Made by a program: the position numbers and the translations under genes. The notes under the pieces are model-generated. The model was not told where the DNA came from. It searched no databases and saw only the letters and a program-made list of their open reading frames with translations. Positions 21,026 to 30,968 of a DNA stretch of 64,000 nt are shown piece after piece. Source of the stretch: Obrimoposthia wandeli (Eukaryota); the NCBI GenBank assembly GCA_977020255.1, contig CDROCS010000506.1, forward strand, positions 1-64,000. The letters are read 5' to 3'. How positions within the stretch are numbered: the stretch's first letter is position 1; every line of letters begins with the position of its first letter.

Positions 21026-21637
21026 TTAAAATGTGTAATGCAATCGCAGCCCCATATTATCCATGCCGCTATTTCGGTCACTGCAGAGTTCACCATGCGA
21101 TACGTGATCCCAAAGCACAGCAATTGACACCTGCTTGTCCAATTTATAGCCAAATTCAAGAGACTCCCTGAACAACCACCAGCACCCAAGCGTTGTCAGC
21201 CCATCGCCTTCCTCTACCACACCACTGTTACCGTTATGTACTGCCATACCCAGACCAAGACTAGCAAAGAAGGACTCTGTTATATCAAAGTCCCACATGA
21301 AACCGGTATAAAGAAAACTGGTATCACCCTCAGTATTAATTGTCGTGCCTACAAAAGGCTTAGGCTCGCCGAGTGCACTGAGAAATTTGGGTGATTGAAA
21401 ATGTAATTCCATATTAACATCAACACCGTGTTCTTCATCAGGGGCGATCGGTCCAATATTATGCACTAATATACCACCACGGAACTGAGCGATTAATGGC
21501 AGATCGGTTCCAGCCTCATCAACCTTTGATGCAGCATTCACCGAATTAATAACGATGAGTAATATCAAACATACTAAGCATCTAGATATTAAAATTGCGT
21601 TTGTTATCAAAGCCTTAGCTACCACGTGGTGTATCAC
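21026..21637 (-). CDS. PagL-like lipid A 3-O-deacylase / acyloxyacyl hydrolase beta-barrel
   Basis: Signal-like N-terminus, FRESLEFGY...WDHVSHG...NSGMD (HxS-type catalytic motif) and C-terminal Phe. Confidence 0.65.
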   Translation of the reverse strand: MIHHVVAKALITNAILISRCLVCLILLIVINSVNAASKVDEAGTDLPLIAQFRGGILVHNIGPIAPDEEHGVDVNMELHFQSPKFLSALGEPKPFVGTTINTEGDTSFLYTGFMWDFDITESFFASLGLGMAVHNGNSGVVEEGDGLTTLGCWWLFRESLEFGYKLDKQVSIAVLWDHVSHGELCSDRNSGMDNMGLRLHYTF

Positions 21638-22583
21638 GATTCACATCACTGGCGAATAGCGCGAGACTTTGATTAATCGGTTCCACTAAAATATCACTCA
21701 GATCTAGCATGTTAGAAGCATGTGGGATTGAATTCGTAGTGATTAACTGACTCACCCCTTTTTCTAGCAATACCTTATCAACACCATCAACAAAAATACC
21801 ATGCACCGAAGCACAAAAAATGTGTTTAACGCCCTGCTTATGTAACGCGTCGATGCATTTTACGACTGTCTGGCCACTGGCAATTACGTCATCGATGATC
21901 ACCGCAGTATAGTCTTTAAAATTACTTAAATCTGGCAAGGAAACAATGACATTTGTATCGCCGAGACGCTGCTTGCTGCCGACAACATAAGGATGATGAC
22001 AAATACTTGCAACCTGTGAAACCCATTGCTCACTTTCAGCATCAGGGCCAACTAATAACATTGCCTTTTGACTGAGTAACCATTGTGATAATAACGGCGC
22101 GGCATGCACAACCTGACTGGGAATAGTGTAAATTTCATCAAGAGAATGGTAGCGGTGTAAATGCGGATCAACGGTGACTAACCAGTCTATTTGCTGTGAT
22201 AACTGACTAGCAAAAATACGCGATGTCACCGCTTCACCCGCAGAAAAACGTTTATCCTGACGCATGTAACACAGATAAGGGGCAACGAGTCCTACAGAGG
22301 CTGCGCCCAGTTCATGCAATGTAGCCACTAAAAATATCAGCGAGAGAAATTTGTCATCCGGATAAGCAAGGTCAGCCAACACAATGCAATGCCGATCTTG
22401 CACTGCCGTATCAATACGCAAATAAGACTCGCCATCAGGAAACCGTCTTGTGCTGTGCTGTCCATTCACTGCAGGTAATCGCTGACATAATTGACTCTGT
22501 AGGGGATGCTCATTTAGCGCGAATAAAATAGCCGGTGTCAATTCCACATCCATTGTACTATTCATAACAGTGGCCATACTCAT
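21615..22583 (-). CDS. Ribose-phosphate diphosphokinase (Prs) paralog
   Basis: RRFPDGESY, APYLCYMRQDKRF, VDPHLH, GPDAES, PRPP-binding IIDDVIASGQT. Confidence 0.85.
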   Translation of the reverse strand: MSMATVMNSTMDVELTPAILFALNEHPLQSQLCQRLPAVNGQHSTRRFPDGESYLRIDTAVQDRHCIVLADLAYPDDKFLSLIFLVATLHELGAASVGLVAPYLCYMRQDKRFSAGEAVTSRIFASQLSQQIDWLVTVDPHLHRYHSLDEIYTIPSQVVHAAPLLSQWLLSQKAMLLVGPDAESEQWVSQVASICHHPYVVGSKQRLGDTNVIVSLPDLSNFKDYTAVIIDDVIASGQTVVKCIDALHKQGVKHIFCASVHGIFVDGVDKVLLEKGVSQLITTNSIPHASNMLDLSDILVEPINQSLALFASDVNRDTPRGS

Positions 22584-24085
22584 TCTCCTATCTCAAACAA
22601 ATCACGATTATCGTTAAAGTAACCTAATGCGTAATCACGCTGCCCTAAAGTATCGGAAAATAAAGTAAACAACGGCATACCTTTTACTACCTGATCACCG
22701 ACATCAACATGCAACCGCATGCCCGCACCTTGTTCTTTCGGTGCTCCGGCCAATTTAGCCAATCGCGCAAGCCGGCGGTTATCAATACTACGAACCCGAC
22801 CATTACGTTTGGCATATTCGATACTGTGATGATTTGCTGTTGGTATTGCGTTAGCCTCACCTTGTGCATCAACAATACGTTGGAACTGTTGCCACGCTTG
22901 GCCACTATTCAAAATTTCGGTCGCTACCTGCAAAGCTAAATCAAGCCCATAACCATGCGCAAAGTTGAGTAATTCAGCAGATAATCTTAACGAACGTGAG
23001 CGTAGTTCTTGTGGTGCTTGGTCATCTAACTGCAGCACCGCGAGCACATCACGCGCTTCTTCTGCGGGGCCGATGCCACGACCAATCGGATGACTGCCAT
23101 CGCTAATAACACAACGTATTCCGAGTCCGAGTGTCGTGCCGACTTCAACAAATAAATCGGCTAAGCGCTCGCCATCAGCCTGAGTTCTAATTTTAGCGGT
23201 GTCACCAACCGGAATATCAATGAGCACATGAGTCGAGCCAGCGGCAATTTTCTTCGATAATACCGATGCAATTAACTGTCCCTCACCATCGAGATTTAAG
23301 GCGCTTTCAATACGTATTAAGATTTCATCAATTGGACTTAAACTCACCGCACCGCCCCACACCAGACAAGCCCCGGTGTGCTCAACAACCGCTTGGATCT
23401 GTTCAAGATCAAGATCCACCTTCATCAACACCTCCATGGTATCAGCGGTACCTGCTGGTGAAGTGATTGCGCGTGAAGACGTTTTAGGAATAATCAAACC
23501 AGCAGCACTGGCTATTGCCACCACTAAGGGTGTCGTTCTATTGCCAGGCAAACCACCCACACAGTGTTTATCATAGACATTGGTATGCAAGGGCCAACTT
23601 AATCGTTTACCACTATCGACCATCATGCGGGTCAAGGATACGATCTCGGCGGCACTCAAATTATTACCAGCACAAGCACATAAAAAACTGGTGATTTCAA
23701 TATCACTATAGCGATGGTCTCTGATATCTACCACGATAGAGCGAATATCAGCTTCGCTTAGTTCATGCCCATAGATCTTTTTCCGAACGGCGCTTGTTGA
23801 TAACACCACAGGTGCGTGTTTGACTTGTACTTTTTCGCCACTAACGACACCAAGCCGCTGTAAGGTGACCAAAGAGAAACCGATATGTTGGATAGGCAGG
23901 ACGTGTTGTTCAACGACGTTAAGTGTCGCGATGATATGCTCACCACCGGAGATGACCAGCACTCGGGAGCTTGCCATTAAGCCTTCTGCTAGGCATATAT
24001 GACAATCATTTCTCATGTATACAACTGGTTCTTGATGGGTATCTATGCCCATATCGTATACCGTCAGTTGTTGTTTTTTAGCCAT
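22580..24085 (-). CDS. AMP phosphorylase-type (long-form) thymidine phosphorylase family protein
   Basis: Extra N-terminal domain (MGIDTHQEPVVY) plus DKHCVGGLPGNRTT, PKTSSRAITSPAGTAD, SVLSKKIAAG, typical of the archaeal-type AMP phosphorylase clade. Confidence 0.85.
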   Translation of the reverse strand: MAKKQQLTVYDMGIDTHQEPVVYMRNDCHICLAEGLMASSRVLVISGGEHIIATLNVVEQHVLPIQHIGFSLVTLQRLGVVSGEKVQVKHAPVVLSTSAVRKKIYGHELSEADIRSIVVDIRDHRYSDIEITSFLCACAGNNLSAAEIVSLTRMMVDSGKRLSWPLHTNVYDKHCVGGLPGNRTTPLVVAIASAAGLIIPKTSSRAITSPAGTADTMEVLMKVDLDLEQIQAVVEHTGACLVWGGAVSLSPIDEILIRIESALNLDGEGQLIASVLSKKIAAGSTHVLIDIPVGDTAKIRTQADGERLADLFVEVGTTLGLGIRCVISDGSHPIGRGIGPAEEARDVLAVLQLDDQAPQELRSRSLRLSAELLNFAHGYGLDLALQVATEILNSGQAWQQFQRIVDAQGEANAIPTANHHSIEYAKRNGRVRSIDNRRLARLAKLAGAPKEQGAGMRLHVDVGDQVVKGMPLFTLFSDTLGQRDYALGYFNDNRDLFEIGE

Positions 24086-24256
24086 ATTCGCTCATTCTGC
24101 CAGTCTCTAATCTCCCACTAAGAATAGCCTTAAAATGAAGTTATGCCTTACTTAGAAACAAGACCTTATCCCACGGCAAAAATGAAAAAGCCCCACTATA
24201 ATGTTATTTATACATCACGGTAGGGCTTATTATTTTTAAACGTAATTATGTTGTCG

Positions 24257-24589
24257 CTATTTCTTCTTCCACTGCCCTGGAGCAGATTCAATAAACTGAC
24301 CTTTATCTGTCATCGACATCGCTTTTTTCGCTGCGCGTGCAGAGATAGCCTGAACGGTCACATTATGCTTAGTTGCTAGCTCTTGATATTTAGCTTTACG
24401 TTTATCATTCACTTCTTTAATTAACGCGTTGACTTCACTACTTGGCTTTACAGCACCAAGGTAGCCATTAACTTGCTCGCCAACTAACCCAGCTTGTTTT
24501 GCGGATTGTAAATCAATTGCTTGTACCGAAAAAGACATCGCAAATAAAATAATCAAGGTTGAAAAAATTCTTTTCATTGTAAGCTCCAT
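24257..24589 (-). CDS. ydbL: YdbL (DUF1318) family periplasmic protein
   Basis: AKQAGLVGEQVNGYLG...VNDKRKAKY, third gene after ydbH-ynbE. Confidence 0.85.
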   Translation of the reverse strand: MELTMKRIFSTLIILFAMSFSVQAIDLQSAKQAGLVGEQVNGYLGAVKPSSEVNALIKEVNDKRKAKYQELATKHNVTVQAISARAAKKAMSMTDKGQFIESAPGQWKKK

Positions 24590-24594
24590 TTTGG

Positions 24595-24777
24595 CTAGAA
24601 TAACTCGTCATCGCTAAATACATCATCTAGCTCTTTATCAACTTTTACTTTGATTTCATGATCAATTTTTACATTTAAATTAATCACTATCGGTTTATCG
24701 GGAACGGCAAGCTGTACTGTTGGGGTACAACCAGCAATAAGTACAAGTAAACTTGCACTAAATAACAGTGCTTTCAT
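24595..24777 (-). CDS. ynbE: YnbE family lipoprotein
   Basis: Lipobox IAGC, then TPTVQLAVPDKPIVINLNVKIDHEI. Confidence 0.9.
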   Translation of the reverse strand: MKALLFSASLLVLIAGCTPTVQLAVPDKPIVINLNVKIDHEIKVKVDKELDDVFSDDELF

Positions 24778-24786
24778 ATTATATCC

Positions 24787-27336
24787 TTATGGGTTATTCA
24801 TTTTATCCAGTGCATCATACATGGAATCGTTAATTCTTAAACTACGAAATAGCTGCAATATATTTTCTTCGTGGGAATAATTAAATTCAATGGGGCGCTC
24901 GACACTTGGGTTGCGACCTTTAATACTAATCAATAACTTAGTTTCACCGCTCGGTTTAAAGTCCACAGCACTGTATAAACGCTCATAATGCAAATTTTCC
25001 AACAGATCTAACGCATAACGTAATTGCGGTTGCGTCAGCTTTAACTGGTCGATAGTGACGTTATCTTTAATTTGAATGATACCGCCCTGACCTTGCCCTT
25101 CGATTACACCACCGGTAATCGATACCGCGGATCCTTGCAGTACAAACGGTAAATCAGCATTTAATAATCCGGTCACTTTCACACCCGGAACTTGATATAA
25201 TTCAACAGCCTCTGGTAAAGATAGATTGCGAACCTGTATCTGACCAACAATATGCTCAAAATCAGTAATTAACAAGGGTAAAACCGAGACCTGACCTGAA
25301 AAAATATCGGCCGAGGCATTATCAACAGCCACTTGAAATTGTCCATTCGTTAACGATACCAAGCCTGACACGGCTATATTTTCAACCACAGGCCCCATAT
25401 TTACGGCTGCTACATTACTATCAATTGTGCACTTAGCCATTAATGATGCCGAAATATCAGCGTTGGCACTCTCCATATTACAGCGCCAACTGGTTTTCAG
25501 TTGTGCGGCGCTAATGTCATTAAAATGCGCACTATCAGCCGTTAACTCACCGCTAATATTAGCCGCTAAGTAAGGTATTTGTGCAGCTAAATTTAGCGTA
25601 TAGTTAAGCTGATTTGTTATCTGCGCAGATAGCGTTAACCCTTTAGGTAAAGGATATACATCGGTCATTAATGACGGGATATTTTGTGTTGGTAACTGCC
25701 AGTAACCTTCGGCTTTAATGGGCTTGAGTTCCAACAAACTCACGGTGTTTTCACTTTTTAACAGCGCATCATCGAGTTGCCAATCAGAATTCAACACGAT
25801 GGTCTTCGTGCTAAAACTGGCGTGATGCTGCGCGGTTAGTGTATTTATTTTATAGGTTTGCTGATATTGGCTATTATGCAAGTTTGTGGCAAAAGCACTC
25901 GTAAAGGGTAATAGCTTATTGTCCTTGATAGTAACGCTTGTCGGTACCAATAATTTAACCGTCATATTGTCACTCGACATGTCAGTATAGTTAAACTGTT
26001 GCGCTGTTATGCTGGCTTGATTAACGAGTAACTTAGTTTGTAGCCCTGTACTTGTCGGGTTGAATTCCACAACCCCTTTCCCAGCCACTTGTACCGGCAT
26101 TGGTTCTAACCCATCAACCGCACTGAAAAATCGGCTGTTACCCGCTGCTGAAATAGCCCAACTGCCTTGCCAAGATCCTGGGGTAAGTAACAGTTGGTTC
26201 ACTTGTAGCGCAAATCTATTTTCCGCCATGTGTACCGTCGCACCGAGTTGTTTCGCTGCAACCTGCCAGGTATCTATATTTCGGTCTTGTATGCTCAACT
26301 GTAAAGATAACGGTAATTGTGGCGTTATGATGATTGGCGCTAGCGTTAATGAATCGCTCTGCTGAAAAGGTTGGCACACTGCGTTGGTCATTTTAAATAA
26401 CGAATCAAACAGAGCACAGTTATCGGCAGAAACGGTAATAGGATCTACATTAACCAAGTTTAAATCGGCGGCATCAGCTAACCAACCGTTATCATCTAAA
26501 GTTAACGCTGTCGTTAGGGTTAAATTGGTGTTGGTAATGACTGCTTGTTGTTGCTCATAAAGCCCTACATCGTGAAGCGAAATAGCCATTGCAATACGCT
26601 CAACCTTTTCTGGGTTGAGCGCGATTTCTACTTTAACCGAGCCGGACAGCAAACCATTAAGCTCAGGTAAGAACAGATCCATGATTGGCTTAGTTTTCGC
26701 TAAGTCAGTGTCCAATGTTCCGTTGAGTTGCTTATGACGGTCTCCGTCATTGCCTTTGTTAAGCTGGCTAGCGCTGTAATTAAACTCGGCAGTCAGTAAT
26801 TGCTGTTCTTGTTGCCACACAGAAAATCCAAATTCAGGGTCTGCATTGTTATAGCGATAAACAATATTTTTAACATCTAAGGTATTTAGCTTAAGACTTG
26901 ACCAAGACTGTAATTTATCCGCGGCGAAGTCAGGTAAATTATCACCCCGCACCGTGATATTTGTAATGTGGAGATCGGGTATCCAATCAGGTAATGTGGG
27001 AATAATCAGCGCCGTGGCGGTAATTTTCGAGTCGGTGTCTACAGTTTGAGCTTGAGTCGCTTGCTGAAACTGCAAATAATCAAGGCTTAAATCAAGGTTT
27101 GCTAATGCGATGCTGTCAATAAACCAAGGCTGCTGTAAATCAAATGTCATCACCAAGCCGGTTAACTGTTCGACTTTAATACCGTAGTTTTTAGCTAAAT
27201 GATTGCTCACTTTAATGATAATACGTTCACGGTAGATAAATGTAATGGCAACACTTAATATCATTAATATAGCTAGACCGAAGATCCAATGTCTTATATT
27301 GAAAGATGATTTGTTTGTTTTTTGCTGTGCCGACAT
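24787..27336 (-). CDS. ydbH: YdbH-like intermembrane bridge protein
   Basis: N-terminal TM anchor, long beta-rich body, and C-terminal LENLHY...IKGRNP...PIEFNYSHEENILQLFRSL. Start moved to ATG 27336. Confidence 0.8.
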   Translation of the reverse strand: MSAQQKTNKSSFNIRHWIFGLAILMILSVAITFIYRERIIIKVSNHLAKNYGIKVEQLTGLVMTFDLQQPWFIDSIALANLDLSLDYLQFQQATQAQTVDTDSKITATALIIPTLPDWIPDLHITNITVRGDNLPDFAADKLQSWSSLKLNTLDVKNIVYRYNNADPEFGFSVWQQEQQLLTAEFNYSASQLNKGNDGDRHKQLNGTLDTDLAKTKPIMDLFLPELNGLLSGSVKVEIALNPEKVERIAMAISLHDVGLYEQQQAVITNTNLTLTTALTLDDNGWLADAADLNLVNVDPITVSADNCALFDSLFKMTNAVCQPFQQSDSLTLAPIIITPQLPLSLQLSIQDRNIDTWQVAAKQLGATVHMAENRFALQVNQLLLTPGSWQGSWAISAAGNSRFFSAVDGLEPMPVQVAGKGVVEFNPTSTGLQTKLLVNQASITAQQFNYTDMSSDNMTVKLLVPTSVTIKDNKLLPFTSAFATNLHNSQYQQTYKINTLTAQHHASFSTKTIVLNSDWQLDDALLKSENTVSLLELKPIKAEGYWQLPTQNIPSLMTDVYPLPKGLTLSAQITNQLNYTLNLAAQIPYLAANISGELTADSAHFNDISAAQLKTSWRCNMESANADISASLMAKCTIDSNVAAVNMGPVVENIAVSGLVSLTNGQFQVAVDNASADIFSGQVSVLPLLITDFEHIVGQIQVRNLSLPEAVELYQVPGVKVTGLLNADLPFVLQGSAVSITGGVIEGQGQGGIIQIKDNVTIDQLKLTQPQLRYALDLLENLHYERLYSAVDFKPSGETKLLISIKGRNPSVERPIEFNYSHEENILQLFRSLRINDSMYDALDKMNNP

Positions 27337-27961
27337 TAAAAAATGATCCCTATAGATATGACTATCATTATAATTATGTGCTGATTTTACATCCTGAACT
27401 ACATGTGTAGTCAAATCAAGCATCTCACTCTTTGTATACCACTGTAAGCACGGTAAATACAATGGTTTATCTATGTTTATCTATCTATAGAGATTATTAT
27501 TGATCACTGCCAAACACACAATTGTTAGGTATAAGAATAACTCTAAAGTATTAGCATGAGCTTATCGCCAGTTTAATCATCAGGGTATCATTTACTCATC
27601 AATTACGAAATGATGCAGTCTTTACAGTCTGTGATTGAGCAAACATGAAAAGATCGTAATTTGTTTAACGAAAGAACCTAGTTCTCCTATTTAACATTAC
27701 TTTCATGTATTACATCTCAAATATTACATTTCCCAACTTCAACAGGTGAATGGACATTGGAAGGAGAGAAGAGCGTAATTAAACTAGTAGTGTCCACCTT
27801 ACAATACGCACAGAGTAATTCTCGATGCGTTGTGAATGAAGGCTGTTACGCAGGTAAGGAGAGAGAAGGTACTGAGAGAATTTTACATATTTACACAATA
27901 CACAGGTGATATAATACCTACTGCATGTGATATTTGATTCGTAACAGAGTAATCGTAAACA

Positions 27962-28213
27962 ATGGCAAAACCAAATAAGAAAGGTCCAACGCAAACTGTT
28001 GAGATATTTTGTAGTAAGTGCAAAGCACTGCTGTTTAAATACCGTAAAGGCGGTAAAGGAAGTTTAGTGAAGTGCTTTAAAGAGCGTATCGTCACAGACT
28101 ATTGCAACACGCCCTGCACTTGCCCTAAATGTGAGCAAGTGTTTGCCAGAGATACCTTGGTACGAGGCACACCGGCTTACAAAATGGTTGGTGGTAAAGT
28201 AACAATGAAATAA
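27962..28213 (+). CDS. Small Cys-rich (zinc-ribbon-like) hypothetical protein
   Basis: CSKC...C...CPKC pattern in a basic 83-aa ORF. Confidence 0.65.
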   Translation: MAKPNKKGPTQTVEIFCSKCKALLFKYRKGGKGSLVKCFKERIVTDYCNTPCTCPKCEQVFARDTLVRGTPAYKMVGGKVTMK

Positions 28214-28237
28214 TAACTGAGTAAGAATAAATCCCAC

Positions 28238-28789
28238 TTAGTTATAGATCTCACCTCTAAATTCCACCTGAGTTAAATACAAGCGCATTTCAAATTCGAA
28301 CTGGTGATAATCAGGCAACATATGCTCGCAAAGCTTGTAAAAAGCCTTGTCGTGATTTTTCTCCCGTACGTGAGCTAGCTCATGAACGGTGATCATTTGT
28401 AGAAAAACTTCAGGGCAACGTCTAAACAACTCACTGATGCGGATCTCGTTTTTACTCTTTAATTTATTACCCTGCACACGTGATACAAACGTATGTAACC
28501 CCAGCGCGTTATTCACCACATGAATTTTAGGATCATAAATGATCTTACTGATTGGTGATGATTTCTTTAAGTAATTATTTTTTAAATCCATCACAAATTC
28601 ACGTAGCTTTTTATCACTGGTAATATCGTGCGTATGCGGATATTTAGTTAATAAGAATTTACCGAGCGTGTCTTGCTCTAACATCAGTTTGACTTTGCTT
28701 TTAACTTGCTCTGAATAAGAAGACAGGTATTTAAGCGCAGTTGAATCTATTGTTGAAACTGGTTTTGAAACGGACTTTGAGACAGGCAT
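28238..28789 (-). CDS. ygjP: YgjP-like (DUF45) metal-dependent hydrolase
   Basis: HELAHVREKNHDKAFY zincin motif. Confidence 0.8.
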   Translation of the reverse strand: MPVSKSVSKPVSTIDSTALKYLSSYSEQVKSKVKLMLEQDTLGKFLLTKYPHTHDITSDKKLREFVMDLKNNYLKKSSPISKIIYDPKIHVVNNALGLHTFVSRVQGNKLKSKNEIRISELFRRCPEVFLQMITVHELAHVREKNHDKAFYKLCEHMLPDYHQFEFEMRLYLTQVEFRGEIYN

Positions 28790-28936
28790 AGTTAGCTAGA
28801 ATACTGGTAATTTGAATAGCGCACATTTTACCTCATCCACTTTTATTCTGATAGTCCAAGACAGGTTTAAATAAGCAGTTGATCAGTATCCGATATACTT
28901 TTACAATAACCTTTTTATCATTATGGATGAACCATC

Positions 28937-29281
28937 ATGTCATCAGATACTTTAGGCTCTAGCGCAACGTATAAGCGCATGGAACAAGGTTATCGCGAGA
29001 AAGCACTTAAGTTATTCCCCTGGATATGTGGCCGCTGCACACGCGAATTTGTTTATTCTAACTTAAGAGAGTTAACGGTTCACCACATGGACCATGACCA
29101 CAGTAACAACCCGAATGATGGTAGTAACTGGGAATTACTCTGCTTATATTGCCACGACAACGAGCATTCAAAATATACCGAGCAAGATCAGTACGCGACA
29201 GAAGTTGAAGCCGGTGATAACAACCAAGAGTCAGCGACTTACAACCCTTTCGCTGATTTAAAATCAATGTTCAAAAAGTAA
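28937..29281 (+). CDS. yajD: YajD family HNH nuclease
   Basis: YREKALKLFPWICGRC...LTVHHMDHDHSNN...NWELLCLYCHDNEH. Confidence 0.9.
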   Translation: MSSDTLGSSATYKRMEQGYREKALKLFPWICGRCTREFVYSNLRELTVHHMDHDHSNNPNDGSNWELLCLYCHDNEHSKYTEQDQYATEVEAGDNNQESATYNPFADLKSMFKK

Positions 29282-29309
29282 TAATTGATTTAGAGCTTAT
29301 TTAGAAACT

Positions 29310-29360
29310 AAAAAGCCGTCATTGTATACCCTTTAAATAGGTCACAATGACGGCTTTTTT
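29310..29360. terminator. Bidirectional terminator
   Basis: AAAAAGCCGTCATTGT...ACAATGACGGCTTTTT between convergent genes. Confidence 0.8.
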
Positions 29361-29384
29361 ATATCTTTAAAATGGCCGTTTCCG

Positions 29385-30680
29385 CTAGAATGGCTGATTA
29401 ACCATAAACCAAGTTTGGCCACCATTTTCACTTTTGGAAAAATCAATACGTACTAACACGCCTTCGACGTTAAACCGTAAGCCTAAACCAGCAGTCCATT
29501 TCAAATCATCGTGTAATTCCGCTAAATCAAAACTATCGTTAACCTGCCCTGTTTCAACAAAAGCTGACCATTGCCACCACGGAAAATCATAAAATGGTAA
29601 GTTATGTAATGGTTGCCAATGCGGTTTTACACGGTATTCTGCACTGTAAGATACTGCACTGCGACTATAAAACTGCCCTGAGGAATAACCACGTAGTCGA
29701 TTAAAACCACCCAATTTAATACCAGCGAAAGAAGGTGGACGATGCTTGTCTGCAACACCAGTGCCACTATCCCATGTCGGCGTATCAGCAAGATAGTAGT
29801 TAAATGCTAAAACTTGCTCTTTAAATATACTATTTCCATCAAATGGTATAAACGCACTTTGCTCTAGTTCCCAGGTCGTCCAACTATTACGCTCATCATT
29901 ACCAAAATCACGACGTACCGTAAATCGAGTTTGACTACCCGATTCTGTATCACCAATACTGTCGCGGTTATCCCAGTCAAACTTTAGTTCTAGCCCTTGT
30001 GCAATATCGGGTAAATTATCGTAGCCCGTCACATCACGCTGTTGTTGAAACGGCGTAACATTAATACTGGTAACACCAGATTCCAGTGGATTAAATTCTA
30101 CTTCACCACGTTGTTGCTTCAAACTACGCGCAGCACCATTGGCACCTAAACCCCAAGGTAATACATATTTCGCATTAACACGTAACGAAGATTCGGTACC
30201 CTCCGCAATAACTTCGTTAGTCGTTCGGGGTTCGCCAGGCGCTCGTGCCGCTGGTACATAATAGATACCGTTACTTAAATAACCACGATAATATTCCGTT
30301 GAGAATAACCATGATTTTAGACCCGGTAATGCGTAATTGTTGAATGAGATAAAGCTAATATTACTGTCATTCTCACTGTATAAGCCAAGTCCAAATATCG
30401 ACGCTTGTGGTTGGCCAGCATGTTTGATAATGCCCGACACGCCAACGGCTGTACCCAATTGTTCTGTTGATATAATAAAAGGCACGCCAGCGACTTCAGT
30501 ATCGAAGTGAGGCATTGTTGTTGCTTGTTCGGTATTACCGTTAGCAGTAGCATTACTACTTTCGGTACGACTTTCAGTCGTATTCTCAATGTTAGTTGCT
30601 GTCGTCTCTTCGGCATTAACCTGACTTGTTATCAGCAATGCACTACATAATAGCGAGAAAAAAATATTCTTATAAGACAC
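29385..30680 (-). CDS. BamA/TamA (Omp85 surface antigen) family outer-membrane beta-barrel without POTRA domains
   Basis: Signal peptide, LGGFNRLRGY lid-lock-like motif, AEYR, GLGLRF, and terminal QPF. Confidence 0.75.
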   Translation of the reverse strand: MSYKNIFFSLLCSALLITSQVNAEETTATNIENTTESRTESSNATANGNTEQATTMPHFDTEVAGVPFIISTEQLGTAVGVSGIIKHAGQPQASIFGLGLYSENDSNISFISFNNYALPGLKSWLFSTEYYRGYLSNGIYYVPAARAPGEPRTTNEVIAEGTESSLRVNAKYVLPWGLGANGAARSLKQQRGEVEFNPLESGVTSINVTPFQQQRDVTGYDNLPDIAQGLELKFDWDNRDSIGDTESGSQTRFTVRRDFGNDERNSWTTWELEQSAFIPFDGNSIFKEQVLAFNYYLADTPTWDSGTGVADKHRPPSFAGIKLGGFNRLRGYSSGQFYSRSAVSYSAEYRVKPHWQPLHNLPFYDFPWWQWSAFVETGQVNDSFDLAELHDDLKWTAGLGLRFNVEGVLVRIDFSKSENGGQTWFMVNQPF

Positions 30681-30968
30681 TTATACTCCAAAGGGGTAGT
30701 AAAAAAGGCACTAATTAATATAGGTTCGGAAGATAGCCCAAAACGTGCTATTTGTACACGCTACAAAGCCATAGAATGCCTACTTCAATCTAATTAATTA
30801 TTAAACATAATAAATTTCAGTAAACGGTGATTATTTTTCCAGCTTGTGTAAATAACTGTATCCTTCACACTATTAAACTATGATTAAAGATAATAGCTAA
30901 GACTCGTGTTATACAATAAATACAAGGGTATAGATAAATGAAGGTTTATTTTTCGTCAGGAAATAGGA

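Noticed and set aside
27962-29281. Zn-ribbon, YgjP-like hydrolase and HNH nuclease as a possible defence cluster
   Set aside because: The genes alternate in orientation, and yajD and ygjP are widespread core genes with no mobile context here.
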